Notes: generated from the sequence alone by a model not told the origin. A DNA stretch of 64,000 bases from Antedon mediterranea (GCF_964355755.1 NC_092672.1:17993237-18057236), one strand, 5' to 3'. Shown: positions 1-12,042, numbered from the stretch's first letter. A program made the numbers and translations.

Positions 1-379
1 TTTCACTCCCAACAAGAGAGGGCGCATTCTGGCTACTATTGTTTTTATTACTTAAAATAGAGAAAGAGCACAACAGTCGGAAATACATACGAAAATCATT
101 CGCTCTAAACTTAAATCAAATCAACATTTATTTATTTTTATCAATGACAGCGACCCTTGGCAGCCGATACAGTTTTCTAAAAGCTAGTCAATTGGGTCGT
201 ACCTATCCCGAAAATATTAGTTTTGCTCGTCCAATTTCTAGGCCATCTTTATGAAGATCGATATCATTATTTTAGCGTCCGTAGTACAGCGGAAAACGCA
301 CTAGCGTAGCCTTTCCGAATGTTCAATGTTCCGGCCTAGCGCGCTCGCGTTGTCAAAAAAGAATGTTTCTGTTGCAGAA

Positions 380-545
380 ATGAGATAAGACGAAATTTTT
401 CATCTTAAGGCAGGGTGTTGTTTGTCTTAGATTTAAGACAAAATTAAGCAAATTTTTTTGCTTAGATATATTGATAAATCTGACTTAGGCAAAATCAAGG
501 ATTTAAGGCAAAGTTAAGACGATTTTTTTGAATAAATCCGGCCCC
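380..545. mobile_element. Right end of a Harbinger-like MITE (left end not seen)
   Basis: Subterminal TTAAG(G/A)CA repeats ending in ...ATAAATCCGGCCCC. Confidence 0.35.
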
Positions 546-976
546 TGGACTATATGAATAATAACAATGGTAACAAATTACTCTTATGAATATTGTATGA
601 CCTTTGACGGAGAATAATAAAGAATGCTCTCTTGGTTTTATCTTTTCTAAACTAGCTAGAAACACGTCAGTCAATTCCGTGCTTCCTGCTCGGTGGCTGG
701 CGCAATAGTCCAAAAAATATATATATTATAACATACATAATACCTACAGTATATCCTTGCTATCTGATTTTATATAAATTAATATTTTGTATTTACTGAA
801 TGGGGAGAATAATTATTATATCTTTATATAATTATTCTCTCCATTTAACTCATAAACAATAGTATTTTAAGCAAAATATAATTAATTATATAATGTATTC
901 ATTATATAATGTGGTATAAAATGTTTATTATATATTAGTAAAGTGTTATATTGTTTAAATACATAGTTTTACTTAC

Positions 977-3900
977 TTTTATTTCATATTCTTTAAAGAA
1001 AACATTTGCTTTAAAATATTGCAAGGCTTCATCAATGACATCTGGTCCTGGGGCTGTTGACAAAATTGGACAAACATTTATTTCATCTTAAAGCTTATCT
1101 GTTAAGTTACCACTAAGTTTGTATTGCCAAAGTTTGAAAATTAGCAAATTTCACTACTTTAACAATAGGCAATCATCACAGGACTAACACAAAACCAGCT
1201 CTCAAGTATGTGTATGAGGTCTGGGTTTGATGCAAAAAAAAATCCAGGCAGATTTGTATTGCCAATATATTTGTTTTGCCAAAGATTGTAAATTAGCAAA
1301 TTTCACTTCTCTAACAATATGCAATCATCACAGGACAAACACAAAACAAGCTCTCATGTCTGGGTTTGATGCAAGAAAAAATTCAGGCAGATTTTAATCT
1401 AGACATCATCTAGGATATTAACTCAGGACACTGGGATTGTAGCCAAGCATTCAACCCAACACTCACAGCAGATGATGAAGAAATGAGTATGTCTGTGCAC
1501 AATAATCTGAAGTAAAATGAAATACACTGAATGATTGTCTTGTAAATACATACCGCTTGCAGCTGGGCCTTTGAATTTTGTTCTCAATGGCAACAAAGCC
1601 ATCTTACAAATATCCCTCTCAGAAGCTAGTGATGAATGATAAGCCTGTAGTAAAATAACAATAATTATATATTACACATGTGAATGTAGCTTAACACTGT
1701 CAGTATTAAAACTTTTCTTTTTAATTGCACTAATTAATAACGCTAATATATTAAAATTGTCCAAAATTACAATGGAATAAAATTTGGCCTTTTTTCTTAG
1801 TACTTAAAACATGCTGAATACCATCATACATTACTGGTTAATAATTATAGCGATAATAATTAATGGACTGTGTGCAGTTATGAAAAGGCGGGCTGAAAAT
1901 GTTAGTCCATTCCATCATGGATAAAATAGCAAAATGATTCGTATTAGTGGTGAGATCAATCGTTTCATTCCTCATGCTGACAATGTTACAAAATAAATCA
2001 ATAAGTCCTGGAGATTTAGACTTTGAGGTAAAATTAAATATGCTAAAGATGAATTATTCGGAATACCCAATATTTTATTCATTCTAATGAAAGAAAAATA
2101 CCAACAATCTTTAGAAACCTTCTATTTTGAACCTTTGACCTAGGCATATTTTAATTTGATAGACATCTTAGTAATCGATAGGAATACAAAAGCGAAATTG
2201 GTGTAAAAATACTCCAATATTTATAGTCACTCTAATATCGTTCATTGGGCCAAATAGCCCGATAGTCTTGTGTTCAATATGGTAAAATCGATCGATGTTT
2301 TATTTTGGTATATCAGGTATTCAATATGGATCGTTGCTGATACGAATTGCCGTTTTATTTCTGTCGATACATTTTTTATGTTTCCCAATTTAAAATGCAT
2401 TGTTTTTTTTATGCACTCTAAAAAGATTAATTAACAAACACCTCCCTTTAGAAAAAATTCCTATTCCAAACGAAACTAAATCCATGTGGATTATATTACG
2501 GAAGCAATAGCTAAATTAATCATTTCTAAAAACAAACTTTATAGCAAATATAGAAACAATCCAACTACCTCAAATAAAAAGAAGTACAACACATACAGAA
2601 ACAAACTAGATTTGAAATCGTCACTTTGATAAACCGCGCTAATGCAACATGCATCACATACATTATATGAACTTCAACAATTATTATGCCATTCTATAAC
2701 ATGAATTAAATATGTTTACAGTGTTGAATTGTACCTATTTTGTGTCATAAAGCATAACAGTATTTACGGAATACACTATATATGTTATATACAGTGTGGT
2801 AAAGTTGAAACGAAACCCATTTTTAAATCCAATTTTTAACGTGATGACATCATCAAAATGTAATATAAAGATAGCAATTTTAGAAGATAATTATAGACAC
2901 AAAAAAGCAAGATGCGCACTATTTTAAGTGCGGTAAGTTTTACGAAAAAAATGAAAATCTGACTTTTTGAATTCAACTGGCCATATGACGACGTTATGAC
3001 ATCAGATAAACAAAATTTTTATCGGAATTCATATGTACAATTCAACAGCTTCCATAATAAGTTATAATCATGCAGGTCACTTTTCATTCTGAGGAGCTAT
3101 AACAGATTGAAATATATACTGTATAGGCTAAATTAAGTAGGTCACGTTATTCTAATTTGTTAATGACGTAAGAAAAATAGACGTGCAACAAAATTCTGTG
3201 AAAGAAATGAGAACTAGATTTCAACTCGTCACTTTGACGCACGACAAACGCCACATGCACATCCTACGTTGGAATTTTGCACACAGAAAAAGATTATGGC
3301 ATTATGACCTGAACTGAAGAATATGATATGTTGCTGAATTCTGTCTATTTTGTGTCATATAGTATACAGTATAAACAGTATAATATTTAATGCAGTCCTT
3401 CACGTATGAAAAACTCAGGAGAGCAATTTATTGCTCTCCTGGAATACTGAGAAGAGCAATTTGCTCTCCTAGTACAGTACATGGGTCCGGGAGGAGCCTC
3501 GAAGCAAGTTTAGGAGAGCAGAGGAGAGCAATCGCTCTCACTCGCCTTAAAACTGATGGACTGTATATATTACGTACAGTGTAGAATAGGTGAAATTATG
3601 GGACCCGCCATTTATTCCCATTTTTAACATGGTGACAGTATCAAAATGAAACACTAAGTTAGCAATTACGGAAGGAAATTATCTCAGCAACAACATATTA
3701 ACATGTAGAAGAAACTTGAATTTCCAGAAAACGTTTTAATCATGATTATCACTTTTTATTCTGACGAACTATAACAGATTGAAATTTACTGTAAAGATGA
3801 AAATAAGTGACCCAAATTATTTACATTTTTAGACATGATGACTTTATAAAAATAAAATATTTTTAACTCATGCGAAAGATAGTTTGACCTAGACAATATT

Positions 3901-6384
3901 AAAATCTCTGGGAAAATGGAATACGGATAAGCGAGTTGCGCTCTACTGAATGTGATAGCAATAACAGAGGAGACAAATATCCTATATTTTATATTCCAGT
4001 GGCCATACGATGACGTCACAATATTCGTTTAGATACATGATCCGATATCTACAACTCATCAACTTCTAGATTTTGTAATCAAAATAAACGATTCACGGTT
4101 TACTTTAGAAACTATGACTGTTTAAAAAAAAGACTTAGTTTTGACGATTTTGTTCAGCTTTTTCATCAAAAGCGTGTGCGAATTGTCTAATTCAACGTGT
4201 TTGTATGGCGTTATTTAAAGTGGAAAAGGTCTAAATTGTTTTCAAAATTACTAGGAAAGGCTTGAAAAATATAATTCAAGAGAAAAAAACATGTTTTTCA
4301 TACTCCGTGCGCACCTTATACGTAAATAATTTCGCGTGTGTGGGAATTTTTGACATGCGCAAAATGTCATAAAACATGTAAAAAGTTTATTAATCATTAA
4401 GCATTTTGAAATTTTAAATGCGCATGTACGCGTAACTTCTTGTCATTTATTGAGGTTTTATTCTTGGAAGTACTATTAGAAGTCAATATAGGCCTATATC
4501 ATATTTCGTTAAATTAACATTTTAAATTGACAGGTCTTGGTAGTTCTTACGGTAGCCTATAAGTGTCACGGCAACTTTCAAAAAATATCACGGCAACTTC
4601 CCACCATTAGGGAATCCGACACGCTATTGTGCATACCCAGAGCGAAGTAATTATAGCTTGCACTAGTGTGCCACAGACCGCGGACCACATTACCCGAGAG
4701 TCGGAGTGTTAACTAGGGATGTAATGTAGCCAAAGATAGTGTCACTATCTTTGCTGTGGCCTAGTTAGTCGTCGCGCGAGCGAGAGAACGATGGATAAAA
4801 CTTGGCCTAGGCCATACATGAATTAATAATTAAAATACAACTACACCACGCGTTAAAATAATTATTATATTGATAAGAATCAGCTTGCGTATTTCAAGAA
4901 ATGTACAAAGTGAATAGCGTAACGTTGCGACCCCGACTTCTCCCGAATAGTTCTGTTTTTTTTTCACATCCGCGCGGCGGCTGCTGCTGTCAATAACAAA
5001 TCAACTTGTATACGATTGCATGATGTTATGTACAGTATAATGCGTAATACTATATGAAATCTTTTATTTTGTACTTGAAAAATCATAAAAATTAAAACTA
5101 GGCCTAGTCATGTAATTATAATTCATAATTATATGAAGTTTATATTTGAATGAAGCTACGACTTTTTTAATTACGAAATAAATAGGCCCACTGGTCACAT
5201 CTAGGGGATATGAACGGTTGAGCCGCCGACAAGTTGAGCCGCCGGTGATTTCTATGGAACGCCCAGTGCATGCGCCTTTTACGACATTTCGCGTAGTGAT
5301 TAGGGTGGTGTCCTAGTACATACATTCATGGTTGGTTTATTGTGTCATGAAAATAAATAATATATAATTACATATTACAATTACCAACACAGCAAAGGAA
5401 AGTAGTAATATTTAATAATTTAATTGTTTTTAATCTTTCGAGTAAAAAATTCAGTGCACTCATAATTTTTCTCGCGTGTGGGCCTACCACTGCCACCACA
5501 TAAAGTCACGTTGTCTCTCAGGACTAATTAATAATAATAGAGTATTAACATTCTTCGAATGAGGTTAAATAAATATTTTTTATTTACTAATCTTTGAATA
5601 TCATATTTTATTGAATTTTACAATGTTAATACACAAAATATTTTACTAAAAAACGTGATTTTATGTAATTATTTTACCGCAAAATGGAGTAGGCCTAGTT
5701 CATACAATTACAACTGTCGACTGAGGGGCAACATGTTTACGACTACGTCATTTTTTAGTAAAAACGATCACTTTCGGTGATGTTTTATATTTTGGAATTT
5801 ACAAGCCAGATTTTCATAATTATTTCTTTAATTATAATATTTAATAATATATATACTAAAAACCATGATATATAAACTTTTGAATGTACATCGTTATCCC
5901 TAATATAAGTAGAACGAGCACCGCCGAAAGTTAGCATTTGGCGTTCCATAGAAAATAACGTTTTTCTGGCGGCGGCTCAACTTGTCGGCGGCTCAACTTG
6001 GCCTAATCCACATCTAGCTGGTAGGCTTACTACTAGGCTAGTTTACCGTGGCGCAGCTATTAAAATGATCCATTGCTGTTAGTATCTGTACCTGTAGAGT
6101 AAAATAGAGTCGCCGATTACCTCGCTCTGGGCATGCGCAATAGCGTGTCGGATTCCCTAACGCTGGGCAGTTGAGTTCCGGTCGGTGCCGGAATCCTAAC
6201 CACGGCGTATAATTTATTATTATCGTTTCTAGGCCTAGGCCACTACACACAGTGCAAGCAGTAGTGGCCCGGTCAAATAAATGCACTTCCTCCTCCTTCA
6301 TTCCTGTCAAAGAATTGTGAGGAGCCTAAATTTCCACACTGAAATAACTCAAGTTGTTATTTTCATCAGCCAACTTACCGGCAT
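977..6384 (-). CDS. ARPC3: Actin-related protein 2/3 complex subunit 3 (p21-Arc), 5' part; remaining exons lie left of the window
   Basis: Exons 6379-6384 (ATG CCG|gtaagt), 1554-1644 ([30 protein letters not shown]) and 977-1053 ([25 protein letters not shown]|gtaagt). All introns are GT-AG with consistent phases. Matches the ARPC3 N-terminus MPAYHS...MALLP..FKGPA...[17 protein letters not shown]. Confidence 0.95.
1118..1395. repeat. Tandem duplication of a roughly 140-150 bp unit in ARPC3 intron 2
   Basis: ttgccaaag...aaattagcaaatttcact...caatcatcacaggac...tctgggtttgatgcaa...caggcagattt occurs twice. Confidence 0.85.
2420..2610 (+). mobile_element. Degenerate LINE (CR1/L2-group) ORF2 fragment
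   Basis: Translates as [38 protein letters not shown], typical of the endonuclease-RT linker. Confidence 0.5.
2610..4500 (-). repeat. Dispersed repeat of about 2 kb with internal subrepeats; inverted homologue at 48370-50410
   Basis: atgatccgatatctacaactcatcaacttctaga (4037) is the near reverse complement of 49625-49658; gacatgcgcaaaatgtcat (4353) matches 48455-48473. Confidence 0.75.
3393..3563. mobile_element. Tc1/mariner-like MITE of about 170 bp
   Basis: TIR CAGTCCTTCA / TGATGGACTG, followed by TA; internal GGAGAGCAAT/TTGCTCTCC repeats. Confidence 0.55.
4731..4753. mobile_element. 23-bp two-ended remnant of a P-like element
   Basis: CAAAGATAGTG-T-CACTATCTTTG flanked by a degenerate 7-bp duplication (atgtagc/ctgtggc). 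Absent from the paralogous site near 59361-59375, which has a single ctgtagc on the reverse strand. Confidence 0.6.
5205..6009. mobile_element. MULE-like MITE nested in the previous element
   Basis: TIR gttgagccgccgacaagttgagccgcc / ggcggctcaacttgtcggcggctcaac. Direct repeat (c)acatctag on both sides (7-9 bp TSD). The empty site is present in the paralogue near 58830-58845. Confidence 0.85.
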
Positions 6385-6519
6385 TTTATCGCAAAGTTAA
6401 AGTAAAAATAGGCCTAGGTATATTATAAAACTGAAAACAAACAATAAATTCAATATACGATGTAATAATAATACGAAAGTAATATTGTAAATGAATGAAG
6501 TGGAAACGTTATTCACACC

Positions 6520-6610
6520 ACACTCTCTCGTCGCCGCCTGTCCTGTGATTGTTTTATAGTTATACTCTACACTACTTTTGCACTTCACTTCCGCGTTTGC
6601 GCGCGTTCTT
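6520..6610 (-). promoter_or_regulatory. Likely ARPC3 promoter/TSS region
   Basis: CpG-rich patch about 200 bp upstream of the ATG, with ETS-type CACTTCCG (6586) and GCGCGCG. Confidence 0.45.
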
Positions 6611-6611
6611 T

Positions 6612-6733
6612 TGATTTCGATTCAAGTCGGCCCTAAACCGTCTCGACCAAAGTCAAGTCGGCCCCAAGTTAAGTCGGCCCCAAGTCAACTCGGCCTCAAG
6701 TCAACTCGGCCTCAAGTCAACTCGGCCTCACGT
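6612..6733. mobile_element. Solo terminus of the 60184-62238 foldback element (17-bp CAAGTCAACTCGGCCT-type repeats)
   Basis: Same cggccctaaaccgtctcg.ccaaagtcaagtcggcccc leader and repeats as 60184-60372 and 62050-62238. Confidence 0.8.
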
Positions 6734-7055
6734 CTTACTATTTTTGTATTGTTTTTATTTATCAGTTCTGTGATATGTTTTTTTTTTTAAATTATTCTTT
6801 TCTAGATTGATAAAATATTTTGATTTTTTTTCTTTTCTTCCTCCTCTATCCATCTGGCACGAGATCTAATCATTGCACTTTTTGTGTTGACCTCATATAT
6901 TTTTTTCGAATTGTTCCTTCTTCATTTCTAACTCGTCTCTAATATTTTGATTAGGGTTCCCTGCAGAATTCGTTTCTAGTTTCTATATGTCTTCATTTAA
7001 GTGTTTCTCTGTTTCATTTCGCTGTCTTTTTATTCTACTTGCGTGGCGTAGAGTG

Positions 7056-7258
7056 AAAACTCAGATCTAGAAAACTCAGATCTCAGATATATCTGAGTTT
7101 TCTAGATCTAGAAAACTCAGATATATCTGAGATCTGAGTTTCTAGATCGAGTTTTCTAGATCTAGAAAACTCAAATATCTGACTTTTCTAGATCTAGAAA
7201 ACTCAGATATCAATATCGGACTTTTCTAAACTCAGATATTAATATCTGACTTTTCTAG
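7056..7258. repeat. Nested palindrome array (TCTAGA/AGATCT/CTCAGATATATCTGAG)
   Basis: Perfect 70-bp palindrome 7072-7141 centred on TCTAGA|TCTAGA, with further palindromic units on both sides. Confidence 0.9.
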
Positions 7259-7535
7259 TTCCAAAATGATTATGATTTCATACATCATTAAGAGCTACAA
7301 ACCATTGTGACGTCATGATATTGCATGATTTTTATATATTTTAAAATCCCATTATACGATTTAAATCATATCTCTATATAATAACACAACCCATATCCAC
7401 TAAACTCACTCCCATCAATTTCATATCATTGGCTAACATTTAACATATTTATGTTCTATGCGCGCCATCGTGTTAGCGTTCGCGCACGTACATTTTACAC
7501 ACAGAGCTTTAGAAATGTGACTATAGTAACTGTAT

Positions 7536-7653
7536 GGTGACATTACTTGTCTCACACATGGATGGAGAATGAAACCTGATCACGCCCACATCGCGGTGAC
7601 ATTACTTGTCTCACACATGGATGGAGAATGAAACCTGATCACGCCCACATCGC
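7536..7653. repeat. Perfect 59-bp tandem duplication
   Basis: ggtgacattacttgtctcacacatggatggagaatgaaacctgatcacgcccacatcgc occurs twice. Confidence 0.95.
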
Positions 7654-8963
7654 GATAGCAGTTGTTGAATTGCATGCTGCTCAGATCTGCTAGTTGTTTT
7701 AAATAGTTTACTATATTAACAGATCAGATTTAATTCAACAAAACAATACAGTATACATAAAAAACATTACAAAGATCACCTATAATTCGTCAAAGTGACG
7801 AATTAAATTCTAGTTTTCCTAATATTTCTTTTGATTTTAAGAACCAATTCTCTTCTACAACATCCTTCATTAAAATAATACCTTGCAATCCAGTGTTTAA
7901 CAAATAATGATTATTTTAAGGTGTATTAACTTATTACCCCACAATTGTTCATTCATAATATCATCAATTATGTGTCAACACTTGTTATATTTCACAGATG
8001 CTTTTAACATATTTGCATAAAATAAAGGCATAGTATGTTAAAAAAGGATGCGCTCTGGACATAGGCCTATTTATGAATAAAGATTTTTGAATATATTTCC
8101 ATTTTTGCTTCCTCATCATTTAACAGTCGTTTTGGCCATATAACATTAAGTGTTTCGGTATGTAACACAAAATCAGAATCACAAATCTTAATCCCACCTT
8201 CATTTAAGTTTCCAATAAGGAGTTTTCCTTTTTATTTTTTCGGATTTTTTGTTTCAGAGAATATCATAACTTAATTCGCTACTAATTGCAGAAAACCCCA
8301 ATTTATTGTAACGGTCGAATACATTTTCATTTTTAGACACAATTAATGATAAGTAAGAACAATCAGAATAGCTTTATATTGTACGTATTGTTGTTGAGGT
8401 AATTGTTGTTGCCTCAATGAAATATTAGACCATTTCCTCTTTTCATTTACTGTTTATAGCATGGCTTTAAAGTTAGGTAGAAAATGGACAAAAACGTTAG
8501 TATTTACAGTGAAATTAACCTAGTCAAAATTTATTTACCCACATGAAATTATTACCACTTGTTAACATATATCTGTTTAGAGACTCATTTCCTTCATGGT
8601 GACAAGATTTTTTTTAAATTTTGACATTTTTGCCCGTTTTTAAGTGATCATTTCGGTGTGGCGTTAAGTTCCACTAATTCAACTATCCCGATGCCCTAGG
8701 ATAAACTTCCACCAAATAATCCAAAGTTGACCACAAAATAAGTGTACCTTGTATACATTTCAATTTAATTATTACTACTGAAACCCCATGAAAACGTCAA
8801 TTGTACCGAACTAATTAATTTTTATTTTTAGACGCCCTTAAAGACTATTATAACAATCAGAAAAACTTTATATTAATATGTATTTTTGAGGCACTTGTGG
8901 TTGCCTAAAAAAAGTGCACACCATTTAGAGTGTTTTGTTCCAATTCAGGACTTATAATAAATG

Positions 8964-9085
8964 TTTTAGTCGCGTGTAACGCGAATCTACAGCTCACTGA
9001 TGCGGTCGGTTGGTCGGTTGGTCGGTACACACTAACTCAAATTTGAACACGCGACTTCAGCCATCTATATCGCGGCCGGCCGGCA
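8964..9085 (+). mobile_element. Short Helentron-associated (HINE/DINE-like) element
   Basis: T-run start, subterminal inverted repeat AGTCGCGTGT (8968) / ACACGCGACT (9047), internal GGTC/GGTT microsatellite, GC-rich palindromic 3' end. Confidence 0.45.
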
Positions 9086-9707
9086 TATAAGCATTACAAA
9101 TTAAATACAAAAATATATATGATTATGTAAAATAGGAGTCGGTTGGCCTATTATTTAGTTATTATAGTTAGAATAACACTGTAAATAATACAGTTATTGT
9201 GTCATACAATTATGGTATACATACACAAAACATCAAGCGTTTCTAATAATATTTTACCGGTGTATTGAGAACTAATAGTATTTATTTGGCTATAAAATAT
9301 TAATTGATTTGTAATTAATGATATTACAGAATTTGGTCTCTGTACACATTATTGAATCTATGATACTGTTTTTACTAATATTGTTTCATTTTATTGAGTA
9401 CTTTTTTATGTCACGTATTTCCAATAAAACAAGTTAACAAATCTTTCTCGAAAAAGAGTCAGAGCATGGAGCTCTAATTGTATAGCTGCATGATCGGATT
9501 GTACGAAACTTGACCATAATAAAATCCCTGCTATAGTGACACAATGAACTGTTTATTATTCATTGTGGTTAGCCTAGCGTGACAGTGTATTAACATGAGG
9601 CAACTGTTAGCCAAATCTATTCTTGTATCTAAAAGACGTTGTCGGCGTCCCATACAAAATAATCACTTTTCAGTCTGGAGCGCGCCCTCTAGCCTTCGGC
9701 TTACAGC

Positions 9708-11736
9708 CATAGTTGCCATTTCTGGCATTATTATGCTTTTTGGCATTATTTAGAGGCCCACGGCATCTGGCATAATGCCGCGGCATTATTTAGCCGTTTT
9801 TAGCATAATCTGGCATAATTTTGTGTTTTTTGAACAACCAAAAAAATAATATACCACAGAACAAAAATAAAATATTTTGTTTAATCTTGCAATTTAATAC
9901 ATATCACCTTACACAATATCATATCGTACAAAACAGATCTGTTCGGGTTTTCCGTACAATATTCTTCCATCCTTTTGTTTCGGACTTAAATAGACTCTTC
10001 GGATAGGAAGGCTGCTCGAAAACTACCGTGTGTGCGATATAGGCAGCACAACAAATCCGAAGAGGCTAGCTATTGGTCAATTATGTTGCTCTATTTCAGA
10101 GACCATGCAGGTTATTGGATCCCCAGATATAGAGACAATTTAACGAAAACATTATGAAAGGGGTTTTGTTGTTTCAGTTCATAATTATAAGTGGCCGCAC
10201 CCCTACCCCAACCCTTGAAATGGCAATTTCCAGTAACTATAAGCTCTAATTTTAAAAATAATTTCTTCTAGGAGAATTTGTTTTCCATATTTCAAATTAT
10301 GTTCCATTTGCATCGTCGTAGCAACCCTATTTTTCCAAATGTTCTTCACCTCTCAGCCCCAGTAGTGACCATGTGGGCGAGGTAATTTTTATTTAAAATT
10401 AAGTGCCATCTCCGCCCATCGAGCAGCTCTATTTTTCCAATTTTTTTTACCTCAGCCCCAACCATGGTGGGGCTGAGGTCATGGAGACACTTAATATATA
10501 TTTTTATTTCCTATTTTAAATTATAATTGCCATTTTCAAAACTATGATGGGCTAAGATCCTGGAGGTACTAATAAATATATTTTTATTTCATATTTGAAA
10601 TTAAGTGCCATTTTCGCCCATTGAGCAGCTCTATTTTTCCAAATTTTCTTACCTCAGCACCAGCCATGGTGGAGCTGAGGTCCTGGAGACACTTAATATA
10701 TATTTTTATTTCCTATTTTAAATTATAATTGCTATTTTCGAACTATGGTGGGCTAAGATCCTGGAGGTACTAATAAATATATTTTTATTTCATATCTGAA
10801 ATTAAGTGCCATTTCCGGCCATCGAGCAGCTCCATTTTCCAAATGTTTGTACCTCAGTCCCAACCATGGTCAGGGAACATTTTCGCCAGTGTAGCGTAGC
10901 AAAAAGCTATACAAAACAACCTTATTGCTACACATTTTGGAAATTGTGTAGCAAAAAATACAATACAAAACTATGTTTCTCGACTTAAAAATCAGTTTGA
11001 TTAGCAATATTGCTAAACAAAATTTTTAAATGAAAATTTTCCCTGATGGTGGGGCTGAGGTCCTGGAGACACTTTTTTAATATATAATTATTTTGATTTC
11101 CTATTTTCAATTATAATTGCCATTTTCGAACTATGGTGGGCTAAGATCCTGGAGACACTAATAAATATATTATTATTTCATATTTTAAATTAAGTGGCAT
11201 TTCCGGCCATCACCATTTTTCAAAATTTTCTTATCAACCATGGTGGGGCTGAGGTCCTGGAGACACTTAATATATATTTTTATTTCCTATTTTAAATTAT
11301 AATTGCCATTTTCTAATTATGGTGGGCTAAGATCCTTTCATATTTGAAATTAAGTGCAAAGATCGAGCAGCTCTAATATTTCAGCTCAAAAATTCTAAAT
11401 TTCCATGGCTGTAACAGGTTTTTTGTGGGGGGTGGGGGGGAGAAGGGTTCGTGGATTGGTGTTTGTGTCATTTGCAATTACCATTTTCGCACCCCAGATA
11501 TTTTTAGAATTATTAGTTATTACTCACAAAACTAAAAATACAATTTTTGAACGACATAGGGATACAATTTAGGCCCTATTTTGTGTCAGTTGGGGTTTTA
11601 CAAACGTTTATTAGACATACAACCGTTGGTGGCGCTGTTTAGGGCCACATTTTGGGGATCTGGCATTATTTTTCCCAATCTGGCATTATTTGAGACAGGA
11701 TACGGCATAATTTAAATTTTATCGCTGGCAACGCTG
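9708..11736. mobile_element. Non-autonomous hAT element carrying a minisatellite
   Basis: TIR CATAGTTGCCA / TGGCAACGCTG, perfect 8-bp TSD CTTACAGC (9700-9707, 11737-11744), subterminal GGCATTATT/GGCATAAT repeats. Confidence 0.9.
10290..11380. repeat. Tandem array of about 190-200 bp units inside the hAT element
   Basis: Repeated aattaagtgccat...gagcagctctatttttccaa...ccatggtggggctgaggtcctggagacacttaatatatattttt...gggctaagatcctggag. Confidence 0.85.
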
Positions 11737-11790
11737 CTTACAGCTTCTTACTGCTGCTGCCTTGCTCGCGCTCTCTCCGCTCGCTCACCA

Positions 11791-11819
11791 CAAAGATAGT
11801 GTGTAGTAGGCTATCTTTG
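11791..11819. mobile_element. 29-bp two-ended remnant of a P-like element
   Basis: CAAAGATAG-tgtgtagtagg-CTATCTTTG flanked by a perfect 7-bp TSD CTCACCA (11784-11790, 11820-11826). Confidence 0.7.
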
Positions 11820-11839
11820 CTCACCACCACACACAGTCC

Positions 11840-11960
11840 GATCCCTAGCAGCTCAACTCTATTCGTAGTTAGCCTAGGCTAGAGGTTCTTCTTCGGGAAA
11901 ACTGAAAGGTGCGAAGAAAAGAGGATAAACGCTCAGAAATGTCTGCTTTTTGTTGAGGAG
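11840..11960 (+). other. BRE1: Probable non-coding first exon of BRE1 (start approximate)
   Basis: Consensus donor GAG|GTGAGT at 11960/11961 just after a CpG-rich patch. The first coding exon has an acceptor (ctttaacag, ending 21273) 19 nt before the ATG, which implies an upstream exon. Confidence 0.6.
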
Positions 11961-12042
11961 GTGAGTGGGTATCCATGTTTTCTTTGGATTGTATTATAAT
12001 ATGTTTATCTAGCCTAATACCACATTGTCATTAAGTTTTATT

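Larger units (their letters stand above)
4548..6209. mobile_element. Non-autonomous TIR element (left end approximate); inverted paralogue at about 58742-59540
   Basis: Inverted repeat ttagggaatccgacacgctattgtgcatacccagagcg (4607) / cgctctgggcatgcgcaatagcgtgtcggattccctaa (6123). The interior is colinear with the reverse complement of 58742-59540. Confidence 0.8.

Noticed and set aside
721-790. Possible ARPC3 exon 4
   Set aside because: No open frame matching the expected ADR.LIY.TLY sequence; the exon probably lies left of the window.
1118-1395. Tandem intronic units as snoRNAs (minus-strand GTGATGA, hairpin then ACA)
   Set aside because: No D box and no convincing H box or 5' hairpin; an Infernal/Rfam search would be needed to revive the idea.
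1472-1510. C/D box snoRNA-like ATGATGA...CTGA
   Set aside because: Antisense to the ARPC3 host intron and only about 40 nt long.
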